Assembly (NCBI GenBank): GCA_964016885.1
Contig: OZ024745.1
Span: forward strand, 81,468,001 to 81,532,000
DNA length: 64,000 bases
Direction: 5' to 3'
Origin: Eledone cirrhosa
Taxonomy: Eukaryota
Shown here: piece after piece, positions 53,446-64,000 of the stretch
How positions within the stretch are numbered: position 1 is the stretch's first letter
Layout of the letters: each line of letters begins with the position of its first letter
Notes under the pieces: generated by a model
What the model was told of the DNA's origin: nothing
The model's input: the letters and a program-made list of their open reading frames with translations, nothing else
Database searches by the model: none
Program-made: the position numbers and the translations under genes

Positions 53446-53805
53446 GTGAGAGAGGAGAAGAATGAGAAGAGGAAGGAAGCACCCGCTCTTTGTGCTGCTG
53501 TAGAGGAGGGTTGCACATTTTTTCGGGGGTGTGTGCGACCCATGTCAACGCCCCTCCCTATTGAGGACATCGATTGTTAAATTTAATTTGTTATATGTGT
53601 TTTACACGTCTTTTTAAATGTATGTAAACTCCCCTCTTTGTATTTGTCCCAATCTTTGATGCCCTGGTGGCAAATAAATAGAAATATATATCTACTACAC
53701 GGTACTCTTCCAAATCCTCATCTCTATATCCATTAACACTAAACTCTCCCCCTCTTTATATCTACCATGACACTATCTCTCTCTCAATGCCTCTCCCTCT
53801 ATCAA

Positions 53806-54125
53806 TTTCTCTTAGGTCTTGAATAATACCCCCCCCCCTCCCCGTTTATTAAATTTTCAGTTTCCCCCCATCCCATCCCCCGTGTTCATTATATCCGCAA
53901 CCCTCCTTGCTTATTAAAGTTTGCATAAGCTATCTCCGGTGAAATGTTATTGTAAGTGATTCATATCGATACAGCAACTGGAGAATCTAAAAATAATTGT
54001 ATTTCACATTAAAAAAAACATTATATATGACAAAAAATAAAACATTACAAGAAATCCCGTATTTACGAACGTACACTATACAATTACTTTGTACACTATA
54101 CAATTACCCCCGCTTATATAGAATT
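53806..54125 (+). mobile_element. Third copy of the MITE-like repeat
   Basis: Homologous to 47405-47715. Confidence 0.78.
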
Positions 54126-54453
54126 TCAGGGGTGGTGGAAGCATTTCTGAATGAGGAAGGGTGGGGGATTCGGTCAATTTAGTTGTAGTGATTAATTTAG
54201 CTCTTTGCACTCTAAAATGGTCAGAAAATGGAATTTGCGTCCAAGCAGGTCATATTACATTTACAGGTTTCAATAATTATAAAGTGATTATAGCAAAATG
54301 ACCCATGAAAGATGTCTCTAAATACACACCAGCAATTGGCAAATAGTGATATGTGGAGAAAATTGTTTTACTATGAAGGTTAACAATATATTACAGAGTT
54401 ATTATCAAATATCAACCAAGATTTTAAAAAAACTTCGATATGCGATAACCATA

Positions 54454-56100
<1,647 letters not shown>

Positions 56101-56185
56101 TATATATATAAATGTATATGTGTGTGTGTTTACATACATACATATGTATATATATATATTATTAATGTCTGCTTGATACAGTTGA

Positions 56186-56270
56186 TCGCTACCTTAGGTT
56201 TCAAAACATGGTCCCACATTAGCCATAAAGTTGTATTATGGCTAGCTTGGGAATGCTTCTCATCAGGCTA
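56186..56270 (-). ncRNA. Hammerhead with long rod-like stem II
   Basis: TAGC-CTGATGA-GAAGCAT-TCCCA..TAGCCATA/TATGGCTA..TGGGA..ATGTTTT-GAAAC-CTAAG-GTA^GCGA; helix I weak. Confidence 0.7.
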
Positions 56271-56347
56271 GTAGATAACATGGTTGACGTTTCACACGCG
56301 CGTGCGCACACACTCACACACACACATATATATATATATATATACAA

Positions 56348-56384
<37 letters not shown>

Positions 56385-56779
56385 CACATACATACATATG
56401 TATACCCCCCCCCCCCCCATATTTATATATATATATATAAACTCTTTTTATTAATAACATCGTTATTAATAAGTTACTGCCATGAGACGTAGATTTGGAC
56501 GCTTCAGTGATTCCACGTTCCGCATTATATGTACGTAATATAGAAAGTAGAAGCTGACGCCATTTCAAACCTCTATCCACTGTTTTACTGAGATAACATT
56601 TCTTTCCACATCTGTACCGATTCTGTGCCTTAGCAACAGATTTACATCATAGTATAAAGTTAATTATCTCTTGTTACCTCGCTTATCAATATATACTAGA
56701 TAGCTTTAAACTAGATTTGAACCTTTAGTGTGTGTTTCACATTGTATACTTAGATATGTCTACCGTATTGTCGTTCTGT

Positions 56780-57330
56780 CTACACCCCTTTATGGCTGTG
56801 AACTACCGCTTCCACCTAAAAAGTCTGCAATAGTTCTACATACGCTGCCCCAAGAAGATCTATGGCATCACCAGGAAGGACGATATTACAAGCTCTGAGA
56901 TTTTGAGACGACGCAACATCACCTGCATCGTGTCAAATCACCATGCGAGTACAGCTGCACTGGGCTAGACATGTGTCGTGTATAGTCAACGAGTACCTCT
57001 TCAGAAGTTTCCTATTCGGTCAGCTGGACAAAGGGTACCAATCACGCAATGGAGAGTGTAAGAAGTACAAACATGTTCTCAGACCCACCACGAAGTGTCG
57101 TATCAATCCAATAACATTGGGAAAAACAGACCAGCAACTGGGCACGATGGCAGAAGATCTGCCACAAAGGCAACGCTCACTTCGGGAGCGATCACACCAG
57201 CAAGCTGGTCACCCACTCGCAGGTGCGACACGCAATTACACGCAAGTCACATTCACCAACATCGCTATTGTCCACATTACATCATCACATCTGTTCTGAA
57301 TGCAACGGGTGCATAGGATGCATTAGCCAT
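56780..57330 (+). mobile_element. RTE LINE 3' remnant
   Basis: QLHWARHV...FLFGQL..G.QSRNG..KKYK. Confidence 0.72.
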
Positions 57331-58289
57331 CAAAGAGACAGGCAGCCTAGAGGAAAAAGTTCATCGCTGGCGAGTATTTAAACCAGAGGTATAAAAAAGA
57401 CATTACGTCTTGGAGGAGAGGGAAAGAGAGCTAAAAGTTAGATTTTTTAGCAGTTGATAGGCTACTATTTATTTAATTCTTTGTTCACAATGAATACGCA
57501 TATGATAGTAATTAGGATATGTGAATTAGTACGAAATTTAGGTGGACAAATTATCCGTTTCGAATTTTCTTTAATTCTGTTTTTATTTTAGTAAATTTCC
57601 TTTTTTCCATTTTTACTTTTGACAAGACTCGTTTTTTTTTTAATGTTGTTGGATTTCATGGGTAAATTGCAATAAATTATACAATAAATATTATTAAAAC
57701 AGGATAAAATTAAAAAGTTTTAGAAAAATATTAGTCACGAAAATTGTTCTGCAATGGGTCACAGAAAAGTAGTTTGCAGGCGGCGTGTTTGAGACCCCTG
57801 ACGTAAACCATAATCATTAATACAGGTGATCAGACAATAAAAAGTTTTCACACTTTACATAATACTGAACATTTATTGAATTCGAAATTTAGCCCGATTT
57901 ACATTGAACTCTAAATAATTAATTCCACTACCATCCCGCCCAAAACAGATAAAAAGTCAACCATTCATGTAGATGGAATGTACTAGAAAGGAGAAAATGA
58001 CATGGTATGCGAATGATAGAGAAAAATATGAAGACGTTCATCATTTCTGACAAAATAAACTTTGCTTATCAGTGGTACATGGAACTTGACTGCCCGATAC
58101 AATAAGTTTACTATGCAACAGATGTTAGTTTCATCCTGCACCAACTTGAAATAACCTTACCTGTGAAAAACTAACAAGCTTCGCAGACAGATGTCTTTGT
58201 TCACCACAACCCCTACTTCATTTATTTTTTTCCTATACATATCTTACATATGTAAGTTTGAAAATATTAAATTTGACTTGAATTCTGTA

Positions 58290-58723
58290 ATAATTCTTTC
58301 TACTTTTGACGCAAAGCAAGCAATTTGAAGAGGAGGTGTGAGTCGATTAAACCAACCCAGTGCGTTACTGGTACTTTATTTTATCGACCCCAAAAGGCAA
58401 GACTAACCCCCGGCGGGATTTGAATTTAGAATGTAAAGGGCCGTAACAATATACCGTAAAGCATTTTGTCCGACACTAGCAATACAACCAATCCACCGTC
58501 CTGGTATGTCTACTAATAATGACACAAGGCCAGAAATTTTGGGGAAGAGGAAAGTCGATTAAATCAACCCAATGCGTTACTTGTACTTTATTTTATAGAC
58601 CACGTAAGAATGAAAGGAAAAGCTAACATCGGCGGGATTTGAATTCAGAACGTAAAAGGCCGTAACTATATGTCGTAAAGCATTCTGTTCGCCGCTCTAC
58701 CGATACTGCCAATCCACCGTCCT
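58290..58723 (-). mobile_element. Two tandem tRNA-SINEs (58290-58502 and 58515-58723)
   Basis: Family core twice. Confidence 0.85.
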
Positions 58724-59048
58724 TGTGCATCTGCTAATAATGAAAGAATAAATTGCAGTGTATACTCGTGTAAAAGTCTACCCTACTATTGTTTTCTCCC
58801 CACAAGATTGGATTTTTCCATGTATTTCATATAAAAATTGACCATGGTTCTTCACGGACAACAGATCAGCATTTGTAAATCATTGTATTCTCTTGATCAT
58901 AAATGCTACGACGAGGAAATTAATTAATTTTACTGTGCTATAATTCCCCTGATGTACGGAAGTTAAAAACATTTATAAGAGCTACACTGCCTTATTTACT
59001 TTTATGGTAATACCAAATATGTTTCGATGCGCAAAGACAGATATTATT

Positions 59049-59232
59049 TTGGCAGAATCGGTAGAGCGTTGGACACCATGCTTTATAGCATAGAGTTATG
59101 GTCCTTTACGGTCTTAGTTCAAATCACGCTGAGGTTAACTTTGCCTTTCATCCTTACGGGGTCGATAAAATAAAGTACCAGTAATACACTGGGTAATTGC
59201 TGGCCTTGTGCCAAAAGTAGAAACACTTATTT
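59049..59232 (+). mobile_element. tRNA-SINE
   Basis: Boxes A and B plus family core. Confidence 0.87.
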
Positions 59233-60329
59233 AACTTTATTTCATTTGGGCTTATTCTTATGATTGTAGTGTGAATTTCAACCTCATGTATTCATAGTCG
59301 ACTCCATAAATTTAACCTAAAATAGTCTAAAACATTCGACTGTTATATAAGTATGGACGGTAACAAAGAACAAGATGTAGCTTTAACCGGATTTGAATAT
59401 TTGATGTTGATTTACACTTTAGAGTAATACAGTTGATCAGAGAAATAAATCCTTTTCGTAAATACAATATAGGGTACTAAACTTTAACAGGACATGAAAT
59501 TTTAAACTATTTTTTTTAATTGAACAATAATTGTATCAGCATTGGAAAGACTAATTGAAACATTGTTTCCTTGATTTGATCTGACAATTAGCTCTTTTCT
59601 TCTGTCAGGATTGTGACTGATATCAGTATTGAAAGAAAAGAAAAGAAAAATAAACAAAAAACAATGGAAAGACTGTTTCCTTGGTTCGATCTAATGACCA
59701 ACTCTTTAATTCTGCCAGGAGTTGCGACCAGCAGGTAGTATCACCAATGGAAACATTGTCTTCTTCTGACGAACAGCTCATTTCCTTTTTTCTTTTATTT
59801 CTAGCATAAGTATATATTATTTAAATATATTTTTATAAAAATATAAAAAATTATACACATATTTTAAGATTAAGCAAAAACGAAAATTAATCGATATATC
59901 TAAGATTATAAAGAATATTTCAAAATGAATTCATAAAGATACAAACATGTCTAAAGAAAATTAAAACCTGTTTAGACAACAAAATAATAGCTATAAAAAT
60001 GCTTTGATTATTGAATCAGCTAAGGCAAAGAAAAAAATGTCGTTGGTTAAGGTAAATATAACTGCTAGTGAAATACACAGGGGCATAAGAGGAAAACGGT
60101 ATTGAGAGTTTTGTGTTTGATAAATATATAAACAAACAGCAAAACCACAAAACACGCGTACACACATATCTGAACGTATATGCATACACGTGTGTTGTAT
60201 TGAAGCGAATAACTATGTGTATAATATGGGAGTGTATTTTACATTACCTATTGAGTACGCTGAGATGCAACCGGTCCTAGCATCCTAGCATTGATACCTA
60301 TGCTGGGTCCGTCAACTTCTTATGATATA

Positions 60330-60405
<76 letters not shown>

Positions 60406-61037
60406 AGTATATGTACACACATATATATGTGGTTATATATCAGATAGGGTGTAGTAAAAACCGGTAGACCATAACTCACCAGTGTACTCGATACTAGGGA
60501 TAGTAGAGTGGGTAATATGAAAGATTCAGGACTCCGACGGCTGAGCTCCGTATTACATATACATGTATGTATGTGTGTGCGTGTTGTTTTTATTTTTTGT
60601 CTGTATCAGTGTGTATGTTGTTGCAGTGGAGAGACCGAGGATACCTCTATTCATGAGAGTAATCGATACATGGGGAGAAACCGTTTGGCGCCGCGGACGT
60701 GATTTTACACCCCCCCCCTCTCTCTCTCTCTCTTTATATATATACTGTATATCCAGGGAGTGAAACATAAAGTTAATGTAGGTTCACCCATGTGAGCACT
60801 CGATGTTTAGGTTCACGTCAGTGGCGAGATGTAGAGCTAGACAGAGTGTAATATAATAATATAATAGTACAAGGACAATTTATTAAGCCTTCATTAAGTT
60901 TATTGATTGGTAACGCGCGTTTCGCTATTGATCAGCTCAAGGTCTGATCTGTATCGATCTGGCACGACTCTGGAATCAAAATCTCGTCGGACCTCTGCTG
61001 TTGTATATATACATATATGTATATATATGTATATACA

Positions 61038-61109
<72 letters not shown>

Positions 61110-61191
61110 AAAGTTCTATTTAAATTGTTGGGATACAACAAGCAAATATTTTTATAACTGATATAAAGCACTCGACAAGTATTTGGAGTAA

Positions 61192-61577
61192 ATATACGAT
61201 ATTAACAAATGGAAACTATATTTATAAAACCATATCTATTTTATTATACATATTTCAAGGATACCATGTTAAATTAGGGTATGCTTTCATCAGCCAAAAT
61301 ACAATATATACCAGTTTTATAAATAAATATTGACATACCCTTTCAAAATGCAACCGTTACTTTTGGAAGACATCAGGGATAGATGACTATCCCTGATGTC
61401 TTCCAAAAGTAACGGTTGCATTTTGAAAGGGTATGTCAATATTTATTTATAAAACTGGTATATATTGTATTTTGGCTGATGAAAGCATACCCTAATTTAA
61501 CATGGTATCCTTGAAATATGTATAATAAAATAGATATGGTTTTATAAATATAGTTTCCATTTGTTAATATCGTATAT
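61192..61577. repeat. Perfect palindrome, ~190-bp arms, 4-6 nt loop; each arm holds a degenerate hammerhead
   Basis: Centre GGGATA-GATGAC-TATCCC; CTGATGA-AAG..CTT-GAAA-TATGTA-TA at 61476-61524. Confidence 0.92.
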
Positions 61578-61760
61578 ATATATATATATATATATATCAA
61601 AGGCATGTATTGAGTTAGAAACTCAAAATAGTCTCATTACAGTAAATTAGCAAAACCCTATTGTCTGTAGTTGGTATTTATTTCACCTTAGCGATTCTGG
61701 TACATTACGATTTGAACACATATATGTATATGTCTGTGTTCGTTTTTCTTTTTTGTTCAG

Positions 61761-61907
<147 letters not shown>

Positions 61908-62112
61908 GTGGGGTTTTTTTTACAAAATGAAAAATAACCGAGGTGTCCTACACGAGTGAAAGTATAAAGAAAAAGAGATGAAATCGAAAATGCAACTGGA
62001 GTCTTATTTTTTTTTTAAATATATATATTTATTTGGTTCCTTTACCGGTTTCGCAGTTCTTCTGCTTTTCAAAAGGTGAGTTGAGATGGAGGGACTGTGG
62101 TTTTTCTCACAT

Positions 62113-62197
<85 letters not shown>

Positions 62198-62220
62198 GTA
62201 TACAAATCAATACAATATAA

Positions 62221-62296
62221 TTACCTCATTACCAGAGGTTTCCCGAATGAGGCGAATACGAAAGAAACGTCTTCATTCGTTCGTCAGACGAGGCAA
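62221..62296 (-). ncRNA. Type I hammerhead ribozyme
   Basis: TTGCCTCGT-CTGACGA-A-CGAATGA...TCATTCG-G-GAAAC-CTCTG-GTA^ATGAGGTAA (9-bp helix I). Confidence 0.82.
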
Positions 62297-62977
62297 TATA
62301 AAACATGGCTAAATACTTGGAAAGTCTCATCAAGAAAAGCAAAAAAAATTATATAAATATAGACAAATGAATTACAATAGCCATATGAAATATATAAAAA
62401 TCGTTCAAGAAATATAGTTAGGTGTGTGTGTATGTATGTATATACGCTCACAGATGTACATATATGTGTATGTACAAATGTATACGTATGGTGAAAAAGT
62501 GTGCATAAATATATGTGTTAGGGCAAGTGTATCTGTGTATCTGTCAACTACAGACAGACATGATGTGGTTTTCTGTTTGGCAGGTACACAGAAATAGGGT
62601 AATAGATACATTATAAGAATATGAAGGCACGCGTATAAACACACCCACACGCACGTACACTTATATGCGGAAGTAAAAGAGGTAAGGGAGTGTAATAATT
62701 AAAAGAAAGTATCATTCTCGATATATTTATAAAAATGGAACAATAATTTAGAAAGAAAAAATTAAAGAAAAGAAGACAAACAAGGTACACGCGTACACAC
62801 ACACGTATATCTACAAGAAACGTATATCTATAAGGAATATATATATATATGTACACGCAAAAAACGTGCAGACAAAAGCGTATGCAAGCACATCTACACA
62901 CACAGGATGCACATATATACGCATATACGCCTCGCCCCATGTATATCTAATCACGCGCACGCAGGCGACTGTATTAT

Positions 62978-63012
<35 letters not shown>

Positions 63013-63643
63013 AATATACATGCTTATATACACACGCACACTTACACATCCATACATTCTGTACGTACACATACACACATACATACACTCACGCATATTG
63101 ACCTGTTTGCATGCACACGCATAAAAATGAGGATGTAAAAAAAAAAGAAGAAAAAACAAAAACAAAAAACATAGATGTAAAAACACGGATATAAAGACAC
63201 ATATACATACACACACATATATATATATACGGAACGCGCGCGCACATACGGAGGCGCTCGTGTACATATATAGAAAGTATACACACATTAAGGCGTTCAG
63301 ACACATAGATACAGGGTGTAAATAAACTTGTGGATAAGTAAGTACAAATATAAAATTATAAGATTGGCTGCGAAAAAATAAAATAAAAAATAAAAATAAA
63401 AAATATCTGGAGTGGAAAACGCAAGTGACCAGTTTAATCAGTTAGTGAAGAAAATAGGGAAGTAAAAAGTGGAAAGTGAAGATATTAGGTAAGTGAATCG
63501 GAGAATAAAGTGTGTGTGTGTATTATTGGTGGATGTGAAGTAAAAATAAAAAAATATAAAAATAAAAATAAAAATGAAATTAATAATAAGGATAAAAATG
63601 AAAGTAAATCAGAAAGGGTAGTTATAAAGAGAATAATAAGAGT

Positions 63644-64000
63644 TTATGGAGGATAAGTATCTGAAAGTGTGTTAAGTTTATATGAGCTGGAAAGCAGGTG
63701 TGATTTCATGTGTGGGCAACTGGTGAAAATTTCCGTCTTTGTGTTCAGGCAGGTCTTTGGTGATTTAAGATTTTGCAAGATCCAGTATTTTTCATTTATG
63801 CAGAGCGTGCATTTTCTTGTTCCTCTTGCATATTCTTTAGATTGGTTCAAAATTGACCAATCCAATTTATATTGGATACCTTGGTCTTTCAAATCCCATA
63901 TTCTACTAGCCAGAGCTGTTGTAAATCTTTTTTCTGGATGTCGAAAGGATGCGACATGTGAGTAATAACGCGTTTTGAATTTGTCTTGCGTCAGACCTAC
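63644..64000 (-). pseudogene. Penelope-like GIY-YIG C-terminus, running off the window
   Basis: VGLTQDKFKTRYYSH..., CTLCINEKYWIL...LNTKTEIFTSCPH. Confidence 0.85.

Larger units (their letters stand above)
48011..53684 (+). mobile_element. Full-length Tx1 subfamily B (copy 4)
   Basis: Near-identical, in inverted orientation, to 18627-24423. Confidence 0.95.

Noticed and set aside
60905-60950. Further hammerhead-like remnants (also ~38238-38290, 39243-39275, 1-45)
   Set aside because: Core CTGANGA or GAAA is mutated and helix I is not recoverable.

Overview
Eukaryotic, gene-free, repeat-dense DNA. It is probably from a cephalopod (octopus-like), inferred from the Meta/MESC-domain tRNA-SINEs and abundant (TA)n/(CA)n/(GA)n/(TAGA)n. 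Four near-full-length L1/Tx1-clade non-LTR retrotransposons from three subfamilies (374-6210 -, 18627-24423 -, 27862-33550 +, 48011-53684 +) and two 3' fragments fill over a third of the window. Five 3' tails abut TATATC/TATCT-type sequence. Two near-identical copies sit at the same phase of a ~60-bp minisatellite next to a MITE and share inactivating lesions. Across subfamilies the elements keep a stop-free in-frame ORF1-ORF2 spacer, a 5' hairpin plus DPE-like motif (seen in three copies) and covarying 3'UTR hairpins. A second layer is about ten hammerhead-ribozyme motifs tied to Penelope-like fragments, partial tandem repeats and fold-back palindromes at (TA)n. One 561-bp non-coding unit begins exactly at its own predicted cleavage site (retrozyme-like). 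RTE, R4-like and CRE-like LINE remnants, MITEs and about 15 SINEs complete the window. No host gene could be supported. All alignments and RNA folds were done by eye.
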